From Blasia pusilla (lineage: Eukaryota): a DNA stretch of 64,000 bases. Location of the stretch: NCBI GenBank assembly GCA_050084515.1, contig CM114271.1, positions 19,964,001 to 20,028,000 of the forward strand, given 5' to 3'. The first letter of the stretch is position 1; each line of letters starts with the position of its first letter. Below the pieces are notes generated by a model. The model saw only the letters and a program-made list of their open reading frames with translations, had not been told where the DNA came from and made no database searches. Positions 40,329-55,007 of the stretch are shown piece after piece. Both the position numbers and the translations under genes were made by a program.

Positions 40329-43300
40329 CTTTTGCAGCCACCGACCGATAACCGGTCTTTTGAGTTTGGATTTACCACAACGGGGGGGCGGAGAGAGGTG
40401 CGCACCCTGGAAGATTTATTCCACGGCTATGGAGTCAGAATAGCGACTTTGGCCAAGATGACCGAGATGGGGTTCACGGTGAGCACGCTTGTGAATATGA
40501 CGGAAGCGGAGCTCGATGATGTCATACAAACAATTTCTGATATCCTTCAGATGGAGCTCTTGGTCGGAGAGCGGTATGGGATTAAGTCAGCGGTTAGAGC
40601 AGAGAAAAAGCATCTTGACGAGGAGTTGGAGCGGCAACGCTTGGAGCTTTTGACGAAGAGTGAGCGCAAGCGTAAGTTTGATGAGGTGACCGCGCTCGGA
40701 GCGGCTAAGGAAGGTATGCCACTACTGGTCGCAGAGGTCATGGGTACTTATTTACATTAACAAGAGTACAAGGCCAGGAAAGGGGTCAAGCCTATGAGTT
40801 GCTTCAACTGCCATGGAAATTTACTATTCTCGGAAGAGGTGAAAAAATTCCAACTCGCTGGGTGGATTGGAATATAGTTTACGTTGGTTGGGCACGCGAA
40901 CCGTTACACGTACGCAATCGTGTCGAGCCTCCTTCAAGAACCTTTTTCGTTTCGGGAATTGCATTCGTAACTGAGAGAAAGTGGCCGTATTCTCGAAAGA
41001 CCCCCTGCAAGGGTTGCTTCTTCTCGTCCCTGTGGAATTTTGAATTGCTTTGCTACGTGCACCCGGCCTGAAACATCTTGTCCGATGGGAACCTATAATT
41101 GCGACTCCAAGATATACGTGCAGGTATGCGAACGGCACTAGTGACGGGTATAATTTGGTTTCATTTCTTGCTTGTGATAAGTCTTATTGTGAGCGGGAAA
41201 AATTATCTGTGTCCCCCAAAGGTTGTCCGAAATATGGCTCATCCTACAGCTGAAGCCGCTTTATGCCCATAGATAAACTGCGCTTTTCTCACTGAATTAC
41301 GGTGCCTTGACCAAGGAGCGAACTGCCTTTGTTCGGACAGCTCTTGCTTGCCCCCAGTGGAGCTATAATATATGGTACCACTATCAAATGAGCGTCGATG
41401 TCCTACATTGACTGGGCGAGTCTAAGACTGGTTTGGACCTTGGGCACGGGGTCACATGGAGGCAAGGAAAACCATATGTAGATGGGACGAATTGGGCCTC
41501 TTCTCGGAAACGTCCTAGGCCAAAATGTTTTGCAAGCATCCAGTATGTGTGTGGCTAGAAGGATAGGTTGCCATCAGATTGCGGACTGGAAAACTTCCTG
41601 TGCCCCTCTAGAATCTTGGCATCTTTGATTTATGTGCACAAGATTACAATGCAGAAGAAGAAGGCCTTGTAACTGGGAATTCCCCCCGTTGGTCTTGAAG
41701 GATGGATTTCAAAGTTGAGTTTCTCCTCCAGTTTTGTGCGGACCAAATTAATTCAACAGTGGAATGCAAACTTTTATTGACATTAGATTGCGGGGATAGG
41801 CTTTTCTAACTTGTGTACATTGGCCATCCCACGCTGTCAAGGACTGTTAGCAATTGTTACCAATGTAGAGTACTTTCCAGGGTTCACAAAGAATGTATAT
41901 AGCCCAATCATTCATGTAGACAGTGTTGGTCTTGGTGTTGCGCAATTGAATTTGGTGAGAACTACAAATTGACTTTGGGAACTGTTTCTTCGTGGACTCC
42001 TACAGCAGGCAACAAAGTGGTTGATGCCCAACTAGTCTTATGGTTCAATCCACCAGTTCATGTTTGCTTGTGTAATCAGCTGGCCAAGAGGTCTGGTTGG
42101 GAAGAGTTAAAGAAGAATCTCTTCCCTTCTTTCACCATTGTTCTTCTAAGTGTTCTGTAACCTGTTAATTTCAGGCTCCTTTCTAAATTTGCACATAAGG
42201 TTAATCCTGATTTGGGCTTTTCACTTTTCGGATCTGAGACCAATAATAAACCATTGTGATAACCTTTTAGGGTTAAGTTCCAACCCTTGGACATTTTCCT
42301 TCCAAAACTTGGAACCATGTTCGAAAGCTACAGGTTTCTCCTTTGATAACGATGAGACTCTGCTCATAAAGTAGTGCCTGTCGTAGCCTTGCGACCATAG
42401 ATCCCATGCCCTGGTTGGATGATGCTTGAGACTGGGATGGGTGTAGAGAGAGGAAGAAGGGAAGAAGGTACTAGATGAGAGGATGGAGACACTCTCATAT
42501 AGTGTGAGTGCTGACCAAACAATGTGTTCGTGCGGAGCTTCCAAGTGTCAACCAAGAAACGATGAGAGTTTGACCTTGAGAAGACATGATATAGAGTGTA
42601 GAACTGCTGCACAAGCTACCTTCTCCTGATTGTGGAGAAGCTCTTTGGGTTATCTGGAAACTCCTGCTCTATCGACTGCCAATCCAAAATCACAAGCTTT
42701 CCTTCTTCTGGTGTACTCATGTTCGGATATGTATTAATCTACAAATCTATAAATGCCAAGCATTGGTTTGCCATTTACTCATCCAACTTTACCTGCTCGT
42801 CTTCATTCTTTCCTGAACGCAGATTGTTGTGCAAATGTGGATGCCTGGTCCCAATCCTGTCAATGAGACCTCTTTGAAATTGTGCAGATTGGGTCCCGGG
42901 AGTCTCTTTTCTTGTGTACTCCTGATCTTCAAGAATGTGATGCATCTGTATTTAGGATGGGGAGATGTTATTCTGTGACCATTGCGGCTACATGCAGTTT
43001 TTCTCCCATCTCAATTGAGTCTTGACAACTTTTGTGCTGATTGGATTTCCACTCCCATTGGTCACCTAGTACTTGTCTTCCTCTACCTGCGCAACCTCAT
43101 GTATGGCGTGGCTCACGAGCATAGCGAGTACCATTTTTTGAGAGTTTTCACTTTGCATATACAGATGATCCTGTCAGGAATGTTGGGAATAGGAAATGGA
43201 CTACATCACAGAATTGCAGGTGGAGCTGACCTTAAAGAACTTAAACAAAAATGTTCACTCTGTTAGTTCTCTCCTTGTAGGTCCAAGTAATATCATAAAC

Positions 43301-46300
43301 TCGCCATTATTGCAACCATCTGGTGACGGTTGCAGCTGTAAACCAGTGGCTTTCTCCTAAGATATTTTGTTTCTTACACGTTTTCAGTACATCCTCATAA
43401 TGCAGATCCTATATCATGAAAACTAGTCATTAACTGACCTTCCAGGTTAGCACACGTTTCAGTTATAATTGGAGGTTTCTATCTCTGCTGTATAGTCAAC
43501 ACATAAAGTTTCTTAGTGTCATGTAAATTTCATCCAATTGCTTGCACTCTGGACACAGAGATAGATGATTTCCTCTGAATCCTTGTTTTCCTCGTCTCAA
43601 GCTTGGCAGCCCTCAGTGGTGTGCCTATAAAGCATTCCCTGCTCTCTACTTGGATTTTTACATGGTGGTATCTTAGGCAATGATGCTGTAATGGCAAATT
43701 GGGGTGTTGACTTAGAAGGTGCACAGCCTCTTTCCTACTTTTGTGGTGGAAGGAAGGCCCTTAATGAGCATCGTATCTTAAATGGGAAAGCAGGTAGAAA
43801 AAACTTTTCTTGGAGTGCAAACTGATACCCTAGAATCAAAAGTCTTGTTTTTGGTTTCGCTTCCTGTAGTTTAACAGGAGGACATACACTATCCTTTTAA
43901 TGAGCCCTCAGCAAGACAAACCAAATAGGAGATAATCATTTGTGTTCATGCATCCAGCGCATGCAGACCCAAGTATTCAAATTTTACCAATGAGTGCATG
44001 TGCTGAAAATCATAGAAATAAATATCCAACTGTCTCGCATATTCTAGTTCTCAGTGGTAACCAAAAAAATTATTGGAGCAGTTTCACTCTCTGGCACTGA
44101 CAGTTTGCTTCTGAATTTGTATTGTTTTACTGCTTCCGATAAGTGGTTCACTTTTGAAACCCTAGTTTCTTAGTTGTTTGTTGTCTCTAGGTCTTACTGT
44201 CTCTTCTTCGTCTGTTCTTTGCTGAGTCTCTTTCCTGGTTCCACTTGGTTTGAGACCAGCCATAAGTGACACCCTGTTTCCATGTTGTGCAGTAGCTTGG
44301 CTTTCTGTTCACTGAGGTCACTTGCCTTAGAATAGTGTTTTATAAAAAAAACTAGCGTACAGCCTGTGCCATGGACGGACCTCATAGTCATCCTGCCCCC
44401 CAAAAATGTTTTCATGCTGCCCGAAGTAGGAAAATATTTTCTTGCTGTCCCAGTGCCATGTGTCAAGCAAAGAGGTTCTTGAAATCAAGAAGCTATCCTC
44501 CCTTAATAAGATACCTTCCAATTTTGAAAATTTTGTATTGCTTCTCGCTTCGCCCTGTCGTTCCTGGTTTCTCCTGGTCTCTAGTTGGAGCACATTGGGT
44601 TTCCTCATTTTAGCTTTTGATTTGGTTTCTTTTGAATAGGAATATCTGGGTTAAAGTAACGTGTCAATTTAAATTCATGGCTCTTTACTGGGCTCACAAG
44701 GATTGCAGTTGGATTTCAACGTTGTCCCACTCACCCTGGTTTTAATATTTCATTCTTGGTGTCGCCTTCTCCAATTTGGCTCATATGGTTGAAGCGTGGA
44801 TGTCGGGGGCAATGTGGCTCTGCAAGGTCTCTTAACCCTGTTTGGTTGGGATCTTTTCCTTTCCTTGTTGTCCTCTCTTGGTTGGCATTTGCTGAAATGG
44901 AACATCTGTAATTTCTTTTTCCCCCCTCCTGGTCTTTTTTCTCCGGATTTGTACAGATAGAACAGGTTTTCCAATCTTTCCTTTGGCCGCTCCAGTAGGT
45001 CCTGCAACAACTGAACGATTCTCTGTTGACAAAACATATCATCATTTCCACACCATTCTGGCTTCCTCCACTGATGGTTTCTCCCTTATCATTCACTTCA
45101 CTACCAGTTCAGTGCTGGTTATGATGATTTGACTCTCCTGGTCATGAGTCTTTGAAGTTTTGTTTCCATCCGCTCGCAAGTGGGTTACATTTTGAATGTC
45201 TTCAAGGAAGGTACAGTGCAGAAGTGGTAAGGATGGAAGCATCACATGGGAGGTGGCTGTTAGTGGTTGATGACTTCACAATGGCTGAATTCTCAAGGTC
45301 ATTCAAGAGGGGCTAGTGGGTTTAAGGTTCTGGGATAGATCTGACTGTTTGCTAGGTTAGTGAAACTGTGTAAAGTGTATGGACACACATGCAAAGTAAG
45401 GTCATAGTCTGAAGCGATTGTGATGGTTGTACCTATCTGGTGGTTTATTGATCCCTTGAAGGTGTTTGTGAGTCTAGCCTACTTTCAAACAGTGAATGTG
45501 TGTTGCTCTCTGTTGCTCCCCGCTTGCCTTCCCAGGGGTCTCGTGCATTTGCCAGTGGATCTTTAAGCCTTGGACTAGGAATGGATACATGGATGGATGG
45601 CTACATAATTCATGTAATTCGTCCTCTGAATTTTCTGTCATGAATTGCAGGTAGTGCAAGTGAACAGAGGAGGGAAAATGCTATGATGATACCAGACTCT
45701 ATACCTCCAGTTAATGCCCTGAATCTTAACAGTAAGGAACCACCACTACTTATGGGAGCAGGTCACAGCTCTCTTACTCCAGGGCTGCTAGCCCTTGCTG
45801 AGCACAGCAGTGATAGTGAAGACAAGCGCTTAGGAAAGAAGAAGCAGAAGCGAAGGCGGCCAAAAGAACATGGTGAAGATGGAGAGGATAGACCCAGGGA
45901 ACATCCTTTCATCGTCACAGAACCTGGTGAAGCAGCCAGGGGAAAGAAAAATGGATTGGACTACCTATTCGACTTATACGAACAATGTGGCAAGTTCTTG
46001 GAGCAAGTCCAACAACTTGCAAGAGAGAAAGGAGAGAAGTGCCCAACCAAGGTAAGTCCATACCACAGATTTACATACTGCTGCGTTTTGTTTCTAGATT
46101 TCTTGACAGTTTTCATTTTAGGGATTTTTTCATGAGAAACTGGTGGGTTCCTCGGGAAGTATGATATTATTGAATGTAATCACTATCCCTAGAGGACCTA
46201 TCCTCCTTTTTGACAACAAAACTTGTAAACGTTTCTTTTTGAGGATAGGAATTATTGATGGTGAATGGTGTTTGTTTGTTTTCACCTGGATGCTGTCTGT

Positions 46301-46770
46301 TTTTGTCACTGTTAAGTTTCTTCTTTAATTCAAGCAACATTTGATCAATTACTGTGATGATGGAGAAAGTTCATAATAGCAGGGTCATCCGATCCAGTGA
46401 TTGTTTAGCTTATGGCTAACCTAAATATGGAATGAGGTATGTGCAGGTGACCAATCAGGTGTTTCGTCATGCCAAACACACAGGAGCAGGTTACATCAAC
46501 AAGCCAAAAATGCGGCATTATGTGCACTGCTATGCGCTACACTGTTTAGATATTGACCAGTCTAATGCTCTTCGGAAACTGTTCAAAGAAAGAGGTGAGA
46601 ATGTTGGAGCCTGGCGTGGTGCATGCTATTACCCTTTAGTGACCATGGCCCGTGACAATGGCTGGGATATTGAAGGTCTTTTTAACAGGAATGAGAAGTT
46701 ACGAATATGGTATGTTCCAACAAAACTCCGGCAGCTTTGTCATGTAGAGAAGGTTAAATATGGCGAGTAG
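40194..46770 (+). CDS. LFY: LEAFY/FLORICAULA transcription factor (3 exons, ~414 aa)
   Basis: Exons 40194-40713, 45651-46051, 46447-46770 (GT-AG, 1245 nt, canonical LFY intron positions). SAM domain [41 protein letters not shown]-binding domain [67 protein letters not shown]. Confidence 0.98.
42362..42560 (+). repeat. Short dispersed repeat in LFY intron 1
   Basis: Colinear match to 31970-32170 (ccctggttggat..gagactgggatggg..agagagaggaagaag..gagacactctcat..gagtgctgacca..tccaagtgtcaacca). Confidence 0.82.
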
Positions 46771-49700
46771 GAAAGTGCAACGATTTTTGGGCAGTTAGCT
46801 GCAGCAGGTTATGTAGATGGTGGACAATGCCTTCTTGAGGAACAGGAGGCATGGCTTGTTATGTCCACAAATGGTAGGATCTATAGACTCAATTTTGTGC
46901 CATAGTTTGTACCTTTGAGTGTAACTTACAATGTGTGACAATCATCTTGGCTTGGGAAAGTCCATACCAATGTTTTGTGAAATTCAAGAGATGAAGAGAA
47001 GCATTCTCTTTGGCCAAGACTCCTTTAGAGTACACGAGTTCTGTCTGTAGATAAGATCTGAGTCTACATGTAACTCCTGCATCAACTGCTAGTAGCAGCA
47101 AGTTGGCAGTAGTTGAGATATGTGACACAGAGAGGTGGAAACTCAATTTTCATGTAAAGCTGAAACAAATTGAGCTTCAGGGGCAGTCCAGAAGAACTTT
47201 CTGCTCGGTCTGGATAGAGCCACTCAAATTTTCAAGGTCCATTTGAGAATGAGTTGGTAGTTTCGAAGATTGATAGATGGTACTGTATTCAATTTTGCTT
47301 CACAACCTACACGCACACATCAGCTGAGTCTTTACCCTGTCATGTAAATGAGGTACTTCTCTTTGTAGCTAAAGATACTATCAACCTCAAGAAATTGGTT
47401 TTTAGTGTCTTAGAGCGGCATTGCCTCAATAACCATGTGCTGCAATGGTTTACTTGTTGATTTGTACTTGTACCTTGTGCCTGACCATGTGCACTGATGG
47501 TCTGCTTGTTGTACATTGTGTATGCGAGCCTGCCTTCATGTCTTGGGAGTTTTTTTCCTCTTAACAGTGGTTGCCTAGTTGCGTATCATCCATCTTTTCA
47601 TAGTTATTTTCATCTGTAGAGATTTGACTGAATTGCAAGTGGTTACCTCTTCCGGCCTCTGCCAATGGTCATGACATGAAATGATGTGAGCATGTTTCCT
47701 GGATTATGTGATTTTTACATTAAGTTTCTCTCCCAAGTTCCAAGAAGGAGCTTACAAAGATTCGAGAGGCTTCAGTTCAATGTAAGGTCTGTGATGTTGG
47801 GTTGGAACAACATGAATGAAAGCAGTTTTTCCTGGTGATATCTCGTAGTGAGATTTTCTATGAGACTCATTTATGGGGCAAGTTACATCGATATGCTGTA
47901 TTGTTTTCCCTTTTTGGCCAACAACTTATCTCAAAGATCTGGGTTGGTTGTCTGTGGAGTTTTGGCTAGGTTGTACAACATTCACCTTTCCTGTCGTGGT
48001 TGAACTTAAATGATCTGGTACAGATGCTCTACTCCTCTCTCAGAGAATAGTTCCTCATCTTGTTTGCCCTTTATAGTCCATAGTCCATATGATGCTATCT
48101 TGGATTTCTGAAGGACTGACCATGCTTTATTTTTCTTTCAGCAAGTGTGAGAATTCAGATGATTTTCTATCCACCCACTATCGCATCTTGTCTTAGTTGC
48201 TCACCAGCGGACACTGATGTCTGATCCATGTCTTTATAGCATGTAGCTCTGACCAACAACCTGGGGCACACTGGTATTGGGAAGCCAGGTCTTAGGATCA
48301 TCCTTTTCAGAAGATAGGAATGCAGAAGTCCTATGTTCGAAACAGATTTTGTATGAAATGCTGTATAACTGTTGCATGAACGTGTTTGAATGGTTGGTAC
48401 TAGTGTGTGTTGGGATTTTTCTTTCGTCTTGGTGCGCCAGGGGTTTCCTCTTCTTGTCTATCCAACTTGAGGGCTAACTGCTATCTGATGTCAAATCTGG
48501 GCCCCACGGCCTATTGTTAGCATCATGATTGTTAACACTTTATGGCTGACGATCATTTTGGCATCGGAGTCAACAACTGGATCGATCATATCATCGAATG
48601 CAGACTCGCAATTGAAGGTTTAGAAATACTTGATGGACGAGGAGGTATGTCCAAGGGAGAATCAAGACCACTGTCAATATGTGGTTGATTATTATGTGGA
48701 ATTTTGCAGGTTTCCGGGAATGTCTAGTTGGACTTATTGTCTTGACTGAGATCTTGGCATGCACCTTGCCCAATGAGCACTGAGCAGATTATCGCAGTTT
48801 TTATAGACTTAACGTAAATTAAACTAAGGACCTGAGGACAACAGGAACTTTATTTCCATGTGAAGACGGCAGGTCACGGTAGGGAAAGGTGGCCTACCAG
48901 ATGGGGAAGACAGTCCAGATGGACAGACGTGATTATTTCCAACCGTCCATCTGCATCCCTGTACTGCTCTGCCTTAGCCTTGGCTCTACTTCCAAGGTAT
49001 TTTTGATAGATAATTTGCTACTCTAGTAAGCCCTTGCATTAATTGCCATGGCTGGGACAAGGAATGAGTCAATGGCTTAAATGTCTCGAGATACGAAATT
49101 TGCGCAGGGATAAGTAAGTATTGGGGAAGTGTATTGTTTGAATATAGGTGATCATCCGAGGGGTTCGCAACACATCAATTTGAGTTTCAGTTCACCTTGG
49201 GAGGTTGCAATTATCCTTGTAAATTCGTTCTGTGTAGGGACCATTATGTAGCTGGACTATCCTTCCCTATTTAACGGATTTAGAGCAAGGGGCTCGATGA
49301 TCCAACACGGTAATATTACTCTTAGAGTAATGAACAACTCTAAGAAAATGAAATTGGGTTCATAAAGTCTGAAGTGAGAGCGTAAACTCGCCAGTTCATT
49401 ACATGGCTCGTTGGGTCCATGGCATGGCTTCTTCAGGGTCTTCGGAAAGTACACATCTCCATCTTTTCAATCCAAAGATTCAGATTTTATCTTCTAATTC
49501 TCACTCCAGAGAGTGTCTAAGAGGAAACAGGAGATGGCGGCTGCTTCTGGTAAGAAAGGCAAAGTATATTGAAGCACGTTGTCAGAAAATGGATCACTCC
49601 AACATGTTTAGAAAGTGAAGAACAATGCCCTTAGGAATTCTGATCACTGTTATTTTCTTATCCCTGAACGTAACGAATCTGTCATCTCTTTGGAGCCCTC

Positions 49701-52700
49701 TTTCATACATACTCTCCCAGTCTCATCAAAGCTTGCGAGGAGACAAGGGATCCTATGGCATATTATCTATCACTCAAACGTCCACCATTGCAGATCAGAC
49801 CGTGTTCTCTGGATCATTGGGTGACTTTCTCCAATGCGATACCCTCCTATGAATGGGCTTCTCTACTCCGACTTCAAAGGCCACTCTTGAGGAAAGCCTT
49901 TCCGAGTTTCTGAAGTCTAGCGCCTTCCAAACAATGAGTGCATTGGGCTTCTCGGGGGCCCTTGCGGCACTTCTCTTCATGGAGTTGGACACATCAACTA
50001 ATGAACGAGTGCGGCCACTCCCTTCCCTCGGCCCATCTTTTCAAGGCCTTTGCTGTCTGGACCCATTCCAATTGCCATCTTTCCCCTCTGCCCCCCCCCC
50101 CCCCCCACCCCCCCCATACTGGCAGCCATTCCTACGGATGAACAATACTAAAATCCACCTTGATAATCCATTCAAAGTTTGAGGCAACAGTAGGAATACT
50201 GAAAGCCTCGTCCCTTCTCATTGTGGGTTATAGCACAAAATTGTAACCCTTAGAAGGAATATTAGGTCATGACCAACATCCGTCAAGGCTCGCGTCTCAC
50301 TTGTAATTTATGTATAGAAAATTTTCCGCGCTTCAATCCAAGTATGAATCCATTGGAATTCTGATGTTCCACATCGGCACACGTTTGGCTATTACGGTCG
50401 CGACAAACAACATCACTATGTGCATAACATTGGCTCTAACTTTGCAAAATAAGAGGATGCTCTCTAAGATCAAGTAGTGTAACCCCAAGCCAAACAAGGT
50501 ACTAGAGCAACTCCATTTTTTCTTAAAGCATTAATTATGAGGACTTTATGACCATAAAATTATTGACCATAATATCCACATGAATATTTTATTTGGAACT
50601 TTTCAAGAATAAATACACAGAAAATATTTTGTGGTTAGAAAGATGAAAATTTTATAATTCTATCTTGTTTTGATAACTATGGTGGATATAATAAAACAAC
50701 CATCATTGTGGCAATCTTACTAAGAGATAAAAAACCTATGGTTATGGCCATTGGAATTCCAAACAAGCCACCTCATGAAGTATCTTACTTAACCTATGTT
50801 AGAAAAGAATTGGTCCAAGGATCAAGTCCCATGACACACTATCCTTAGAAGAGTCCTCGAAATCTTCATAAATTTGCGTCATGATAACCATGACTCATAT
50901 TTCATATGGATCATGATGTTGGGTTCTTCGGATTTAGACTTGGAACATTCCCCTTTTTCATGTGGGATCAAGTAGTAGAACCCAAGGACTAGTTTGAGTT
51001 GCCCAACTAAGTTAAGCTTTAGTGTTAGCCACACTACGTACCGCTAGTGGACTACTATGTAGTATATAACGGTAAAAGAAGTCCATTGTAAAAGTAATGA
51101 AAAACAATAAAAGTGGTTGTGACTTGCAATGATATCCCATAAACCCATGATAAGTTTCTAATGTGATATATGATTTCCAATTTTAAGAATAATTTTCATA
51201 TTCTTTTATTTTAATAAATATTCCTATCTTTACTAAAGGCAAGAGATAACTTATTATTTGTCTCTTCAAGCCATTAAATATTATGGAGGTCATAAATAAC
51301 CTCCTTTGTTTCAAATGTAATTTAAATCCTTTTTTAATATGACATATGATATTATCTTTTTTTAAACTCTTATTTTAATATTACTTCACAATTGTAACCC
51401 CTCATACAATTCATATTCGTAATCCATACTATAAGGGAAGACAATTTCTCTACTTGCTTACACCCCCTTGTAAAATTCATTCTCATAATCCATACTATTA
51501 AATGAAGACGGCTTCTTACTTCCATATACCTCTTCAATTAACGTTATGCGATTGTAATGCGAAGACAAGAATCCAATAAGGACCTCTGAAATCCACTTTA
51601 TTGGATTTGGTTCAAATTTCGAATCCTACCTCCGTTTCTATAGCAAGATTATTGATCTAGTGCATTACACAAGTTGTGCACTAGTATAAGATTGTAGCGA
51701 AGTCATATCATATTTGTATGTTTATATTACTAGAAAGGACCTATAAGGGATCGTGCAATATAAATATTCCCGTTTAAAAATGTCGTGTTCCAATGTGACC
51801 CAATTAACATGATAGCACTCCCAATTAGCATGACCAAAGGTAATTTTGAAAGACCTATGTCAAACTCAAGAGCTCTAAGCAAAATGACATCATGCAATTA
51901 GCATCTATATGATTAAAAGAGGACGGGATTAGAGAAACCTTCCACCGATGTTGACACCTATCCTTTCATCCCTCCTCTAGCATTAACACATGGCATATCT
52001 AAGAGAATAGCTAAATTAGCATGCCTTTCTCTTCGCCACACTGGAAAGGATGTTTTTCCCCTCACCACATTAGAATGGTCGATAAGAAATCTTCATTCGT
52101 GCATGGCATAGTCGTTCCGTACATTATAAGAAAATTGTCTTTTAATACAATCCGATAAAAAATACTTTTTAACTAAAAATTTTTTTTTAATGTATATGAA
52201 ACATGATTAAATTCCAATTCATAATCTATATATTATTATGGGAGAACGCCTTACGAAGTACGGAAATTTTTTTTTGATCTATGAGTAACATCATTAATAT
52301 TTATTTATATTATGAGAAAAAAATATTTTTAATTTATGTAGAACATTGGAATTTAAGACAGCAGATAAGGAATTAATTCTTCAAACATTTTTTTTTTATT
52401 TCTTACTCGTTTTTGAAATGATAATAATATTGGTCTACGGAAGTATCATAAATGACCCCAATAACCCCAAAATGTGGGCGTTTGAAATTCGCACGGAAGT
52501 TAATGCATTCGGGAGTTACGAACGCAAAAGGGAATTAAGAAAGTGAAAAGAACGCGAGAGTTAGTTAACAAGAGTAGAAGGAACGCGAGAGTTGACAAGA
52601 AGCTTTCGAAACTTGTCACCTCTTGCGCCTCGAGAGCTGAGGTCGCGACGATTTCCGGGATCAGCGGAGGGAGTACGAATACACGAGTTCCCATCGAGAC

Positions 52701-54750
52701 TCGCGTCCGAACGCATCATCCGAGGGACGAAAGGAGAAGATCGATCGATCGAAGAGATGGAAGATGGGAGATCGAGGAGACGGAAAGCTGCGAGAAAGCT
52801 GCTGCACGGGATCGCTTGTCGCCATAGCTCCCGAGTAGCACGCCGAAGTCGACGCCGATCTGTCAGTCGGAATGCTGCCTTCGCAAGCAACGAACGCGCG
52901 GACAATTGCTTCTGGATTCCTGGGGATTCCACTGACCAACCAGAAGGAGAAAAAGCCCGAGTCCGAGTCCTCCCTGCTTCCCCGACCTATCTTCTGAGGA
53001 GCTAGGTTTCGGGGTGCGCGCCGTCCATCCCGTGCGATTGGGATCGCGTGCATCGCTCTGAGCGAAAATGCAATCAGTGCGACCCCGATTCCATCCGATC
53101 CCAGCGAGGAGCACGACGATGAGAAAGTCGTGTGCAGGGCTCTACTCTACTCTACTCTGCTCTACGGAACGAGGGAGGGGAGAAGTGGCTAGCGCTCGCG
53201 GCGGTGACAGTGCGAATTCCTGAGCGGTGGTGGGGTCTTGAACTCACTCGACCACGGCTGAGGGAACAGGAGGATGAAGAGGCGCAAACTTTTACTGCAC
53301 TGCCACGACCGCTGAAGATCGGGATCCACTCGAGGGCCTGTCGGTTAATGAGACACGAGTGGCTCGGCCGATTCGATGTGGCGACTCCGGGATTGCTCGC
53401 ACTGGAAAGGAAAGGGCGAGAGGGCGAGCAATAATGATGGCTTAGTAGTGCTTGCCACGGGAAATCTCACCGTCTCTTGCAACGATCGAGCGCACTACTC
53501 TGAGCGGCAATCAAATCCTACTGAATGTAATGGCGAGGTGAGATGTGATTGTGACTCCGGGGGGGTCCATCTGTCGAGGAGAATTAGGGCCGGGAAATTG
53601 AACCCCTCGAGTGTTTCCCGGACCTTCGACGGATGGAGAGGCTTAAGAGGGTTTAGGTGTCACTATGATCTGCGGACAATTTGGAGGCCATGATTAGCGA
53701 CGCACACCCGATTCCACACGAGAGATTGCACTTAACCGAGAATTGATCTCCGGCGCTCACATGTGCACTCCGCAAAACGGCTAAACAAGTGGGATTGAAA
53801 CCATCACTGGGGAGTTTGCTCTTCTAGTATCTTGGAGAAAGGAAAAGGCGAACAAAACATTACTTGCTTGGAGATCATCAGGCATTCCCCGACGGAGCAC
53901 TGCAATGGATGCTATGTCCATTTCACCTTACACTCCCCTTACCTGATTGGGATCCCTAATACACATTACTTACCAGTCCATCAGCATTGCCCTGAATCTA
54001 GGCTACTGAATTGTGTTGAACAACTCTGGTGTTAGCAAGAAGGAGAGAGAGAGAGAGAGAGAGTGAAGCGACTTACTATCCACGGGACATCAAAGCACAA
54101 CAGAAGAAGAAATGGACCTACGAGGTCCTCTGTTCCTGGTGACCCTCTCTTTCTCACACACGTACCACTCCGAATCTGCTCCTCCCTAGCCAAGCAATCA
54201 CCGGCCTCCACTGCAGAGCCTAACCTACCAACCTGAATCTGCTTCTTGCCCGCCATCCAATCTGTGACCGTGAGTGCGGAACCTGATCTACGAAAATCCG
54301 CTTCCTGCTGTCCATCCGTCACCGCAATCGCAGAAGCTCGGAAGAGCTCACAGACCTCTGCAATTGCGATTGAACATGCCACTAAAGAGAGCCACATCCA
54401 CCATTTTCACCGCTGCCAGCTTTTCTATCCGCAGGCACTAGTAATACTCGCGGCCATCACATCTCCAACGCTTTTCCTCGCTCCGCTCACCGCTCCCCTC
54501 TCCTCCCCTCTGCTCTGCTCTGCTCCACTGCATTCCATTGCGCGACTGGGGACTGCAACGCATCCTGCGCAGACACTCGTTTAGCGACTCTTCTGTTCCG
54601 TTCAACGACCGACCCCACCAATGGCGACAAAGCGACTTCGCGCTTTTGACCGCTGGACACGCCATAAATGGACGGAAAGGGTCCACTTACGCCACCGTGA
54701 TGGACGGAGAAAGGAAGGCACTCCGTTCTTCACTATCTCCGAGTAGTTAA

Positions 54751-55007
54751 TCTATATTACTAGCTGGCAGGGAATTGACTAGTCATTTCAAACACAAACT
54801 TTATATTTTATTGTTGCCCTTAAAAAAACAACATTTTCTTGTTGGCTGTTCCATGTTAAGTAAAAGATATGTTTTAAAAAAAAACACTCTCTAATAATAT
54901 TATAAATTATTGTTGGGAACGGTCTAACATTAACCTCTTTTGAAACCCGAATCTTTGTCTTATCGGGCTAATTTTCTTTCATCTGCGTAGAGCACGGGAC
55001 CGGCTAG
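54751..55007 (+). mobile_element. Small non-autonomous Helitron-like element (257 bp)
   Basis: A|TCTATATTAC 5' end. 3' end ctgcgt-aga-gcacgg (CpG-decayed ccgcgc/gcgcgg hairpin) followed by CTAG|T. Confidence 0.55.

Noticed and set aside
39053-40351. Long overlapping ORFs on both strands upstream of LFY
   Set aside because: Low-complexity products of a GC-rich promoter/leader. No domains.
41350-47675. CCANTGG LFY-site cores (41354, 43343, 45552, 47662) suggesting autoregulation
   Set aside because: Short core is expected by chance in several kb. Needs full-matrix scoring or DAP-seq.
49790-50182. 109-aa ORF with a hydrophobic stretch and poly-Pro
   Set aside because: No recognisable family. 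The poly-Pro comes from a C-homopolymer. At best a gene fragment.
54030-54160. GA-rich stretch resembling miR156/529
   Set aside because: It is a (GA)n microsatellite, with no mature-miRNA match or convincing star arm.
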